Source: Nemertoderma westbladi (Eukaryota; Animalia; Xenacoelomorpha). Taken from it: a stretch of DNA of 64,000 nucleotides. Shown piece after piece: positions 49,701-60,865 of this stretch. Numbering within the stretch: the first letter of the stretch is position 1; each line of letters starts with the position of its first letter. The translations under genes were made by a program, and so were the position numbers. The notes under the pieces are model-generated. The model was not told the DNA's origin. It searched no databases and worked only from the letters and a program-made list of their open reading frames with translations. The DNA lies in NCBI GenBank assembly GCA_032718475.1, contig JAUCBJ010007407.1, forward strand, positions 17,060-81,059, written 5' to 3'.

Positions 49701-50961
49701 TGACTTTGGGAACGACAGGCCTAATTATTTCAGGCTCATCTACTATAGTAGGGAGTCTATTTACGGTAATAATTTGGTCTGTGGGTTCTGTACTACTTAA
49801 ATCTGTGCTAGCTATTTGTCGTCTAACAGCGGGGGGCAAATCGGGCAATTTATGACGGTGAGATGTCTTTCTACGCCTACTGAGACGAGATCTATTTCCT
49901 CTGCCTTCAGGATCGGTGGTCTCGCCTTCCTCCGATGATGTGTATCCTTGGCGTTTGGGAGTAGATCGACTCATCATCTGCATTTGATTAGCAGTAAACT
50001 GTTTATTTATACTGTCTTGTGTCTCTTGCAGATTTTCCAACTCCAGTTGGGTAGTCTGCTCAGCGGCTCTCCGTTCTGCTTCGGCCACTGCCCTTTCCGC
50101 CTTTGCTTCTGCCGCCGCTGCCTTTCTTTTTGCTTCTGCTTCTGCCGCTGCTGCCCTTCCTTTTGCTTCTGCTTCTGCCGCTGCTGCCCTTGCTGCTATT
50201 CTTTCTGCTTCTGCTTCTGCCATAGCCGCCGTTTTTTGTTCCTCTATCCTTCTTTTCTTTATTTGTTCTTCTCGGACTCTAACGAGGCGGAGTTTTTCAT
50301 CACATTCAGCTTGGTTTGCAGCTAACATTTCGGCATCGATGGCGTCCAACACAAGCTTGGTTCCTTCACTATTAGGGGGAAGTCCAGACAGCCGTCTCCT
50401 CAACTCTTCGTCTCCTAGGAATCGCTGATAGTCGGACAAATAAATGTCGATAGCGTCTCTAGTTCGCGGCTTCTCTGCTGATGTTAATTCGCTTTCCACT
50501 TCGCTTTCCACCTCGCTTTCCACTTCGCTTTCCACTTCGCTTTCCACTTGAGGAGAAGCAGCGTCGGTTGATTCTTCAAAGGTTGGTCGCTCATCATAAA
50601 CCGTATCTGCCATCTTCGCTCCGCGTTCGGGTCTCCGCTCAGCAGTATCCGAACAACTGGAGCCATCGGGCCGCTGAGAACTAGGTTCTGGGCTAGGAGG
50701 TTGCTGCTGTTTTATAGCTTCTTCTTGATCCCGCTTGACTTGGGCCCGAGTGCCTATGGCAGACCAACGGCGCTTCACTAACTTCGCAAATTGCGAAATC
50801 TTTTCTACCAACCTAGGTTCTGACACAACCACTGCAGGGGTTGCCCTTCTTACAGTATGAGGGGTTTCAGACCTCGGTCTGGGATTCTCTACACTTTGAT
50901 CTGAGAAACAGGCTGTTGTTTCTAGGAGACTATCTGACAGAGTTTGCCTTGTGTCAGCCAT
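46780..50961 (-). CDS. gag: BEL gag-protease fused in frame to short RNase H-end and integrase-end remnants (1393 aa)
   Basis: KFNGDEMKW, knuckles CALCDGPH, CYNCLRRGH and CAKCGAKHHSLLH, protease ALLDSGS. RT and the integrase core are absent relative to A. Confidence 0.93.
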   Translation of the reverse strand: MADTRQTLSDSLLETTACFSDQSVENPRPRSETPHTVRRATPAVVVSEPRLVEKISQFAKLVKRRWSAIGTRAQVKRDQEEAIKQQQPPSPEPSSQRPDGSSCSDTAERRPERGAKMADTVYDERPTFEESTDAASPQVESEVESEVESEVESEVESELTSAEKPRTRDAIDIYLSDYQRFLGDEELRRRLSGLPPNSEGTKLVLDAIDAEMLAANQAECDEKLRLVRVREEQIKKRRIEEQKTAAMAEAEAERIAARAAAAEAEAKGRAAAAEAEAKRKAAAAEAKAERAVAEAERRAAEQTTQLELENLQETQDSINKQFTANQMQMMSRSTPKRQGYTSSEEGETTDPEGRGNRSRLSRRRKTSHRHKLPDLPPAVRRQIASTDLSSTEPTDQIITVNRLPTIVDEPEIIRPVVPKVTSVLETPVLPELNSKFPLHSTTLPVPGGTVHANTPVQIAEREINNLSPVVPRQPATMLATPASAVEWVEEGRRGMNLLLGQMQETVHQLKGTVREGRAELQEVQQSIALERDKLVNIQKGIPIPPVTLCQPVRSEVLHAQGVEPTRIYSASEVETPIANPIKGDYRPVINDIPYRPDNDPINLYTDNSILNNTMAQESFTRQMARTEARQAVKVGEIVKFNGDEMKWLPFNEYYKDSIQNSVLSNGEKLRFLIKCLEGPPKLMALKFIGHPDGLRQVWDTLNIRYGNKDNIAKYLYAKLVAPRHFLSSGIIEFSDEIQEICRQLDWLGKSHEYQSSMVIGAVVSTLPKGGVCTRWDKKVLYMNEQQRRSPTMADLMSFLDSEVKLQLIRQSREKTSENKVSEKPVSRRRIIPVCYTDDGESQASQEEDSGKDTAKSYYDNKTYKDVSKYKSRTSDRREQVTTTPPMSPKRIHGRKPEERTRVQNVNQVKVSNIKPKCALCDGPHRLSACAEFLKKSMADRRGVLWDKRLCYNCLRRGHQRRTCYSDARCAKCGAKHHSLLHTEFERNSPSQVSEPKSHVQFSDVNDTDQSSEWEGFYTDEFSDANESCYLINTAVYRALTYEKDTTNEFPPTTFDKPPSWKTPTSNVGIREFPVVQVRVHGPNKSYIVNALLDSGSTGTFIDQELAEDIFAGQPKFQTKLNMSGIMQVWKSTITADYYVGALSTPQDKLGAQSIRSVKMVAIKNFATTQADLYNWDEDESIQHLKIPRFQTDYPGVQILIGQNAHEALETLEKRPAQPQPLQTYAVRTRVGWYFTGPSRRTLEERLPSERLYQINGLEVESSEVDELTEGTPYSSDNDDINSNEDQWRHRPEMINLADIASRGATPQERIDTPGWLGGPDSLSKEEDEWPPHLTTAESRQAKGAEKVTRQPNHPAGRLCLLERDQKLSGNYGRQDTLPTTTSLIRQISRDSIT

Positions 50962-52329
50962 GTTTGATTGTACAGTCGAATGCCTACTGCTATATTACAG
51001 TTAAAGCAAGTCTAGTAATTCAGTATCACTGTTAGCCTAATAATTAATTACCGATACTGCTACTCAGTGTAGCGTGATATATATATAATATATTAGAATA
51101 CCGGTATGCTTATAATATATATATAAGTATTATTACAGACTAGATTTGTCACAGAGTACCGGTATATAATTTTAGCACAAATATATATAAATATATAATA
51201 GGCCTATCGTGAATACCGGTATACAGCTGACACTTATAGTATATATAAGTATAATTATTACTAGAATTAATTACAGAATACCGGTATGATTTCAGCTCAA
51301 ATTTATAGAAATAAATATAATAAGCCTATGGTAAATACCGGTATGTCAATTATTTTAGAATAATTGAATTTCTGAATATTTTAGGGTTACTTGGTTACTT
51401 TAACTTACTTTATTACCGTTATTTAAGCAGCAGTCCAACTGATATTGAGACCTAGTTGTTGTATGGCAGGCCTACTATTTATAAATCGTTTGAGTTGATT
51501 TATAATACTTATATACCCGTTTAAATGGGTTTTTTGTCAATATTTGAAATAAATGTTATTATTTCTGGGGGAATCACTACACAGAAGCTGTGCGCTGTCA
51601 GTGAAGTGTTACTTATTGAGACACTAAAACTGATAATTCTAATTTACCTAAGTTACTTAATACTACAAATTACTTACGATACGGGTGAGATTAATTCTCT
51701 AATTAAACACAACAAAAATATTACGTACAAAATTTTTAGGGTAATTTTACAGGAAGTCTACAAACCAGCCTAACAAAGGGTTAGATTTCTGGCTATTACA
51801 AAGGACAGGGTACTACGGTATTTAAATAATAAGTAGTAGTAAATATATTGTACTGTCCAGATAGGAAAATACCACCGCCTGACGACCTATAACCGTATCG
51901 CTATAGGTACTACGTTATGTATCACGGATTGTTCCTACCCAGAGGCTAATAGAGCTAACGAATGTGCCTATCAACCACTTTACAACACAGATATACTGCC
52001 TACACTAATTACTTCGGATAGCACTGTACACTAAACCCTAAATTAGGTACAAGTACCGGTATAACAAATAATCAGTAGTTAAATATACTTGAACAGTTAA
52101 AAGAACCACGGCATCTGCTGGAGTGACCGAAGCACAAAGTCGTCAGTCTTTACCTACGCCAAGCAGCCCTGATGTAGTACCGGGGTTAGTTTAACTATAA
52201 CGGTATGTATAACAAGCACAATTACTGTAGGAATAAACTTGGGGACATGAATGTTGCGAATAATCGCATAAACTCTGAATAATAAATATTACGCTACCCG
52301 TACAGAATACTCAAACAAATACAAACCAA

Positions 52330-52850
52330 ACGCTGGTAGACTACTATCAAGCCTAAACAAACTACAGTATGTGCAGATTCTGAAACTGTTAGTTAGTATG
52401 CGTGCTAACACGGTAGTACGACTTACTCTTTAAGAGGGGATTGTCCTTACAGCATATGGCTGCCCCAACTTACTAACTGCACTTGATCAGACCAACTCTA
52501 CACACGCAGCAATCCCTTCAGACCTAAAAATAGCTAGACAACAATCCAGCCTACAAATATTTGAGTAATAACTATTACGGTACCTGAACAGACCACACAA
52601 ACAAACTCAGGCTAAAACACTGGCAGACTACGATCAAGCCTAGATAAACTACAGTATATGCAGACTCTGAAACTGTTAGTTAGTATGCGTTCTAACACGG
52701 TAGTACGACTTATTCTTTAAGAGGGGATTGACCTTCAGCATATGGCTGCCCCAACTTACTAACGGCACTTTATCAGACAAACTCTACACACGCCGTAATC
52801 TCTCCAAACTCAACAACAGTCAGACAGCAGCCCAGCCTACAATTATCTGA
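52330..52850. repeat. ~290-bp tandem duplication in the leader of D
   Basis: CTGG(T/C)AGACTAC...CCAGCCTACAA occurs twice. Confidence 0.8.
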
Positions 52851-53221
52851 ACAATCTGAGCAGGGTCACACGCCTTCTGCTCAATATTAGCCTACTAGTA
52901 AATAAAACTGACAGAAATAGACCTAAGTAAAATCCCAATAAAAAACCAGGCGTCCCCGATTTAATATCGAGACCTACCGGTATACAATAATCAAAATCGA
53001 ATAATACTAAATGTACTTGTACAGCAGTACCGGTACCGGTGATGACAGTTAGGCCTACTGACCTACAGAAGCACCGGTTCAGTTTTACCAGTCACTACGG
53101 TATTTTGCAACCTTATTGCCTACTGCAATAAGATTGTAAACTGTTACTGTTCGACAGAACAGTATTAAACTGTATTTAATGCCTACACTTGCAACCTTAT
53201 TGCCTACTGCAATAAGATTAA

Positions 53222-53233
53222 ATAAACTGTTAC
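53222..53233 (-). other. Non-tRNA primer-binding site of D (GTAACAGTTTAT), complementary to LTR 53955-53966
   Basis: Flush with the 5' LTR end; exact 12-nt inverted match in the LTR. Confidence 0.8.
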
Positions 53234-54451
53234 TGTTCGCGCTTTTGAAGACCTTTAGCAGTTTAACCTGCCAAAATTTATATGTCTTTTAGTTAATTAA
53301 CACACCTTTAGCATACGACAATATTTTATGCTAATAAACAAAACATTAGCCGAAGCCAGCCCATGCGCGATCATTCACCCGATGGATCTACACCCGGGAG
53401 GCTGAATTCGGATGCTTAGATTTTATTATTGCAGTGTAAGGTTGCAGTGTAAACCTATTGTATTATTCGATAGATCACTAATATGTAATTTCTGACAGAT
53501 ATTATTAACTTTCGGGAAATATTAACAGTTCCTTTAGGACGTGGCGCTCTATCTATTTAAACAGAGCTAAGACTTATACTAAAACGCAACGATACTGCTT
53601 ATGATTAAAGTATAAAGCGTATTCTTTAGGAAATACTTTGTTACCAATCTCAATCATACACACTATTCTGCCGACAGTCAGTATATTTGATCACACATAA
53701 AGAGAGCAGTAATTGACTCACGTAGGGTCTGCTAAATAACATTGGATTCAATACACACCACATTAATATAAATCGCAATTGTTATGTATAGCCGGTCTCT
53801 CTAACCTGTAGTGTTATCAAGAAAATTGGGAATTGGGTGATTTATCCGTATTATCCAAATAGCAATATTTCCATCAACAAAATAAGTACAATTAATAACT
53901 GACGGTAAAATAACAGTACAAACAATATGATTAGTTAAATTGATCGGTAGTTAGGTAACAGTTTATACTTTCAATAATTCAAGCAGTTTACGGTACAGCA
54001 GTATCTATCCAAAATGCCGGTGTTTCTGGCTTAGACAGCAATAACAACAAAGTATCAAGTAAGGCAGTAAGACTGAACACTCTCCTTATGATCGACTAAA
54101 AGCTACACGTCGACAGGAAAAATCGCTCTGATTGGCTCAAGCCAAACAAAGAACCGTGCGTCCAATGGCTGTTTCCATGTCAGCAACCAGCTGTTAGATG
54201 TCGTAATATGAATTATCACGGCTAAACTGTGAAAGGTAGTTGGTGCATGGCAGGTTTTTTGCCTTACCATGTCCACTAAAACACGTATATAGCAGAATTA
54301 CTCTTATGTCCGTTAAAACACCTGTAAAGGTACCTTGCGGGCGAGGGGAATATATCTACAGTTAGAAAACCTTTTAGAGTATTCCAGCGCCTGTGGGGAA
54401 ACTGGATTGCGAAGCAAAAGGGGCCAGTTATATCCCACAGAAGCTTTTACA
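53234..54451 (-). repeat. 5' LTR of element D
   Basis: Direct repeat of 42431-43648. Confidence 0.95.
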
Positions 54452-54456
54452 TGTGA

Positions 54457-55169
54457 TGTCCCATACTTTACCTAAAATAGTGAAATTTGTAGTTTATTCA
54501 CAGAGATGTAATTCAGCCTAATCACCCAGTGGAATGCAAAGCACGTTTGTGTTGCGTCATCGTATAAAACAATTAGTTTCATCTTCACTTCCTCAGAAAT
54601 ATCATGGCGGCCAATCGAAAATTGTCCCATACTTTACCATTAAAATGGCGATTATATTAGTGCACTGTATTAATGTAATATGTGAAGCCAGGGGTGTTAT
54701 AATACTCTAAGGTCATAGTCGGCCGTGTAAGCTCACTGTTCAGCAGTCTGAATGTCAGTGGAAATGTGTTGTTAGCTGACTGTCAAAAGTATATTGAAAA
54801 TAGGTAAGACAATACTGCAAACATATCAATCTGTACCGGTACTAACTAAAGATATCTTGGGGCGAGCCATGATAGCATGAATGCGTTACAGGCCGTAAGA
54901 ATATGAGTCTATATTTGAACTGAGAATCATTCCTCAGTCAAAAAATCTTTGGGTTTATGCATGTAAAGTCCCATACTTTACCAAAAAATAGTGAAATTTT
55001 TAATTTATACACAGAGAAGTAGTCTAACTCAGCCCAATCACCCAGTGGAATGCAAAGCACGTTTGTGTTGCGTCATCTTAAGAAACAATTACCTGTAGTT
55101 TCATAATCTACTCCCTCAGAAACATCATGACGGCCAATTGAAAATTGTCCCATACTTTACCATTATAAG
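54457..55169. repeat. Repeat with duplicated ~190-bp block and four GTCCCATACTTTACC motifs (likely DNA transposon subterminal region)
   Basis: 54458-54640 resembles 54968-55165. Confidence 0.55.
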
Positions 55170-55980
55170 GGTCAGATCAGGTATTCTAGGTCATTGATCA
55201 AGAAAACTTGCCACCTCCATGCAGCATAAAGGAGGTGCCACCTGTAGCTGCATAGACCCTCTTACTAGGGCAAATCTGGTCCTATAACTAGGACCCCCTT
55301 CGTTCTGGGATAAGGACGCCCTTGGTCCTGGATTAAGGACCCATATACTTGGCTGCAGGGGTATATGGCCTGGCCAGGCAGATGGTGATCTACCAATGGC
55401 TGGTCAGGAGTAGAGTGTTCTCATGTCCACTCTGAGTGCACTTCACTGCGACCTGCACCTGGCAGCAGGGGTACAGGGCATGACCCAGCAGATGAGCTGC
55501 ACAGCCAATGGTGGGTCATGTGCATGAGAGTAGATATGGGTGATGGGCCTCATATCTGACTCCACTGCGACACCCACCCTGTGGAATGGCAAACCAGGGT
55601 GTGGTATTTGCCCCGAGAGCTGACTCGGCAAAAAAGCACCCCCAACCCCCACTATGGAATACATTAGTAATGCGGAGGTCCAGCCACTAGAGGCCAGAGG
55701 AATGACTGGACACAATCGGCCTCACAGGCGTCAGTTATCTCCTGACCTGCTGCCTGTCTCACCCCCTACTGGAGAGAGAGCGGCAAACAATTCTTTGAGT
55801 CCCTTTCCTGATGACCTTTCTGGCCCAAACCCTGGGTCACCAGGGAGGCCAGATTGTGAGGGGGAGAGGGATTCTGGAGTTGGAGGCTATTCTCATGTTC
55901 CACCCCGACCAACAAAGCCATTGGTGAATATGAGGCAAGTCACTAGACTAGCCTCAGTAAACACCCTAACACCCGAACAA

Positions 55981-57350
55981 TGTATATCAATCGCCTCTTG
56001 AATAGGATCTAACAGCTGTTAACCTATAGTATAACCACCACCAGATACATACAGTTAGTAGTTCATTTAGTTCATTTGGCACATAATACAAAACCAGTTA
56101 GTATGGTACCACATGCCCCCCTTAAACCCCCTCCCCCCCTTGGGGTGTCACACCAAAGAATTTTGTCACACCATGAGAGCGGGTCCCTCGATGTGGTTGC
56201 ACCACAGACCAGCCATCCTGATCTACTGTAGGCGAACTTTGCGGTATTGGCGTGGGAGCAACATGACTATCAGATGTGGTAGGGGTATCCGCTTGGAATA
56301 CTGGTCGAAGGAATCGCCTATTACGCCATAGTGTTGACCCATAATCTGTATGGACGAAATAATTTCGGTTTCGGTTCGGTTATATGCTCGCCTGGCTGGA
56401 GAACAGACAAAACATGAGACCCACGGTCATTCAGGTGGGAAGCGTTATTACGAATGATTGACACTTTAGATTCAGCTGCTTCACGTTGCATTTCCGTTAT
56501 CCTGGCATAGTTGGTCATAGGCAATGTTGTCCGAGTATGGTGTCCTACTCGCCACTGGGTTGGGCTGAGGCCATCTTTTCGGGGTGTGTTGCGATATTCT
56601 AACATAGCAATGGCGAAATTGATTGTGGTTGTGTCACCTGATGGGCTCACCTTTAATAACATCTCCTTCATACTCTTCACAGCCGCCTCACCATAACTAT
56701 TAGCCTGGTGGTGGTGAGGGGACGAAGGGTCATGGTTTATGTTATTGTCTGAGCAGAAGGTCGCAAACTCGTCAGACGAAAATTGCGAGCCATTGTCTGT
56801 AGTTAGATGTCGTGGAAAGCCAAATTCCTTAATCCATGACACCAAATGGTCGATTGTATGTGATGCGTTCACCCCTCCTTTCCCGCATGGGTATACTTCG
56901 GGCCAACCAGAGTATTTATTTTTAATGACTAAGTACCGACCTCCAGCATAAAAAAATAAATCTGCGGATATAGCCTCACCTGCAAACACTGGTCTTATGT
57001 CGTGGATAAATGGTTCTTGTCCGTAACTTGCTTTATGGGTTTCACATTCTGGGCAACTGCAAACCTGGTTGGCCACATCATTTGTAAGCCCCGGCCAAAA
57101 CACGCACTCCCTTGCGCGCTGAAGAGCTCTTTCCTGTCCTTGGTGTGCGGCATGGAACCCAACTAGTATCTTGTGACGCATCTGCTTCGGAACTACGATG
57201 CAACTGCCATATAGGGGACCATACCATCATAAGCCGATAGGCCATCCCGAACCACCCAGTATGGCCTTAATTCTAAGTCCAACATGTATTTCTCGATTGG
57301 AAATACAGCCTTAGTTACTAAGTCAAACAATTTCATGTATTCCCTGGGCA
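55981..57350 (-). mobile_element. Gypsy integrase fragment with PPT and start of 3' LTR
   Basis: ORF 56321-57181 has HAAHQG...CPEC, ADLF, TDNGSQF and ANSYGE. A G-rich PPT precedes TGTGGTAC at 56113. Confidence 0.85.
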
Positions 57351-57364
57351 ACTTCTTCACCTAT

Positions 57365-57810
57365 CACGATTTCCCATAAATCTAAAGAAATCAACACCAT
57401 CTGTATTTTATGTTTCCACATAAACCAATTCGTGCCATTAAATTTATCTGTGCGCAACCCAACTTTATATTCACTAGCCATGGCTGATCGATGTACATTT
57501 ACTTTACTTCAATAAGTGCAGCGTATTCCTGCATTCGTTTGCTGATACCGGTATCCAATACTGCAGTCCGTAGTAAGCTTATATTATAGTAAATCGTTTA
57601 CCTCAGTTCAGCATTTCTGCCAGTCGCAGTCAGCCTGCAGCCTAGGGTTGCAGCCAGCATTACAAGGTTTCAAATTGCCGTGTCCTGGGCCCATAACCTG
57701 TTAGAAATATATGTTTCTCCAAGTCAAATCCACTGTTTTTAATAAAAAACTTCCAACATCATACGTTGCAGTATTAAGTAAATATAGTTGCTCAGTTGCT
57801 CCAGTAATTG
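57365..57810 (-). mobile_element. Copia 5' fragment: LTR end, PBS and gag start
   Basis: ...CTAACA|GGTTATGGGCCCAGG (57684-57698) is the Copia half-tRNA-iMet type PBS. Gag starts at ATG 57481: MASEYKVGLRTDKFNGTNWFMWK...DLWEIV. Confidence 0.8.
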
Positions 57811-57819
57811 TTACTGGGA

Positions 57820-58615
57820 AAGCAAATTATAAGTTAGAAACTGAGCCTGAAATGAGGACTGAGAAAGTAAATGACAAATTAAATTATAAGTTAGAAACTG
57901 AGCCTGAAACGAGGACTGAGAAAGTAAATGACAAATCAAAAACAGTGCCTGAAGTGAGGAAGTCGTCAAGAGTTAGAAAACTGCCAGACAGATATGGTGA
58001 GTGGATTGAGGGAGATGAATTTGATAATATGGTTTTCTCAGTATCCATGGAGCCAAGAACCATAAATGAAGCACTGGAAGGTGATTCGAGTGACCAATGG
58101 AAATCTGCAATAGAAAATGAATATAACTCGTTAACCAACAACAAAACCTGGTCTTTATTTGAATTACCAGAAGGTAGAACAGTCATTGGCAGTAAATGGA
58201 CTTTTAAAGAAAATAAAGATTCTAACGCTACAAACGCTACAAAGCTACAAAGCGCGGCTTGTAGCTCAGGGCTTCACTCAACAGCCCAATTTGGATTATC
58301 AAGAAACGTTTGCACCAGTTGCACGCTGTACCTCTATTCGTACAATACTAGCTCTTGTGAATGAGTATAACTTAGAACTACACCAAATGGATGTTGAGAC
58401 AGCCTTCCTGAATGGTGTACTGGAGGAAGAGATCTTTATGAAACAACCAGATGGATTTATCGAACTTGGTATGTAAACTTCACAAGAGTATTTATGGATT
58501 GAAACAAGCCTCTCGATGTTGGTATCAAGTAATGGATGATCACCTTAAGGGATCTGGATACATACAATCGTATTCTGATCCTTGCATTTACATCAAACAC
58601 ATTGGAGACAACTTT
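57820..58615 (+). pseudogene. Copia reverse transcriptase fragment (frameshifted)
   Basis: EPRTINEAL, YKARLVAQGF, QMDVETAFLNG, KSIYGLKQASRCW. Confidence 0.9.
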
Positions 58616-58950
58616 ATTAACGCCAGGGCACTTACTAATGGAGATGCCGGCGATGATCGACATGCGGGCGCGGGGTGTAGACCCGGATGACATACATTCG
58701 TGTCAAAGTTGGAAAGTTGCCAAGGCAATAAGTGCGGAGTATTGGAGGAGATGGGTAGAAGAATATCTTCCGATGCTGCATAGGAGGAGTAAGTAGAGGA
58801 ATACCAGTAGAGAATTAAAGAAGGGTGACTTGGTAATCATCACTGACGACACAATTATCAATAACCAATGGAAACTAGTGAGAGTGGTAGATACTTACCC
58901 CGACGACGACGGAAGAGTCCGGTTAGTGGAAGTGAGGATAGGAGGGAAAA
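58616..58950 (+). pseudogene. BEL integrase C-terminal fragment
   Basis: LTPGHLL...WRRWVEEYLPMLHRRSK*...GDLVII...DGRVRLVEV. Confidence 0.8.
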
Positions 58951-59082
58951 TTTATTTATTTTATTTTAATTTTATTCCACGCCTAATGGCACATATATAG
59001 TAAAAACGAAGTAGCACAATATTATAATTATATATAAATACATAGCATAAAATTAATTAATTTGCTGACCCTACACTACAGA

Positions 59083-60791
59083 CTACGCTATTCTAGAACA
59101 AGGACTACACACTGTATATACCGCACGAAGCAAAGAATTGTTCGAGTCTGTAACTCGGCCCTTAAGACTGGTACGGCATTTATATATTATATGACAAAAC
59201 ATAGGTATATTTAAGACACCAAAAGTGAGAGACATACTGGTTGGCTCATCGTTTGTCAAACGAGGAACCTTAAAAAGTAGCCTAGCACAGTTGTTATAAG
59301 CAACCCTCAATTTATCAAAAACACGCTGGGTGTAATTACGTCGAGCCCATAGACTACAACAATAAATTGGCGTTATAAAAGCACGAAAAAGTGCCACTTT
59401 AACGGCAGTAGATGCATTACTAAATTTCCTAGCTAGTGTATTACCCCTAGCGTACATTGCATGCATTTGTTTTATAATATCTATGTCATCATCCGTGGAT
59501 GAACACAGTGTATGACCAAGGTAAACAAAAGAATCAACGACATCAATAACAGCACCATATAATTTAACATTGGCAGACCGTGTAACCGTGTACGACTTAG
59601 GAATAAAATAAATACATTTCGTTTTTTTAATATTGAATAATATAGAATGTGAATTAGCAAATACAACTGCCATATTAATTAGTTTTTGTAAACCATAGAT
59701 TGAGTTGGAAATAATGCACAGATCATCAGCGTATATAATATGGTTAATTCTGATAGATCCAATTAGACATCCAGTTCCACTGGCATTTAACTGTGTGCTA
59801 AGATCGTCTATGTATACGTTATAGAAGAGGGGGCTTAAGACCCCGCCCTGTCTAGTGCCATTAGTAACTTGGAATGGTAACGAGATAATACCATCCCAAC
59901 ATACACGAAGCAACTGATTGCGATACCGAAAACGAATTAATCGTACTATATAAATTGGAATGCCACAATTCAATAATTTATTAAATAGTTTGTAGTGGTT
60001 TACACGGTCAAATGCCTTGGAAGCGTCCAACATACAAATGTAAATACAAGAGTTGTTACTGAGATAGTAATTTATAATTTCTTTCAATGTGTAAACACAG
60101 GTTTCTGTTCCTAATTTAGACTTGAAACCATACTGATTATCATTGGTGCAAAGAAGATCAATGCAACGTTCTAGAATTAATTTCTCAATAATTTTGCTAA
60201 TTATTGTGGATAGTGCTATACCACGATAATTTTCTTTGCTTGTAAGATCTCCTGTTCTGTCCTTGACTAATGGTATGATGGTTGAGTTCATCATATCATC
60301 AGGCATGATCCATATATCAAAGTTGCATTAATCAACAAAGTTATTGCACAAACAAGATTATACCCACAGGCATATATTAAGTGCTCAGCGGTCAAACCGT
60401 CAGGACCAGTGGCCTTACCTGTTGAAAGGCCGAGCAAGGAATCAAGCACTTCTTTGTAGGATACACGATTTATATTTATATTTGTAGCCTTGTCTAAAAT
60501 ACTATTTACATAACTACTATTTGTATCGTCTTTCAAGCAATTAAATAAATCATTAAAATGCTCCTTCCACATATTTGTAATATTCTTAGCACCAATTCCA
60601 TTACCAATTCTATTTGGTAATGGGGCCTTATTAGAACTGTGGCTACGTACTTGTGACCAAAAATTCTTAGTATTTGCATTCGATATTAAGGCATCCGCCA
60701 TTTTATCTTGTTTAATTTGAGACTCGTTTTTCTTACACTGTCTCATTGCCCGTTTATACCGAGCCTTGGTGCGCAGATACTCATGAAACAC
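59083..60791 (-). pseudogene. LINE ORF2 reverse transcriptase region (frameshift near 60300)
   Basis: NQYGFK, LDASKAFDRV, GTRQGGVLSP, IIYADDL, FVYLG. Confidence 0.9.
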
Positions 60792-60865
60792 AGAACCTTG
60801 GCGGGGTGAGCCGCAGTTACGCCAAATTTTGAATGCCGATAAGGACTGTTTGTATTGGACCTTAA

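Larger units (their letters stand above)
42431..54451 (-). mobile_element. BEL/Pao element D (same family as A), internally deleted, non-autonomous
   Basis: 1218-bp LTRs with TGT...ACA termini and TSD TGTGA (42426-42430 and 54452-54456). Confidence 0.97.
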
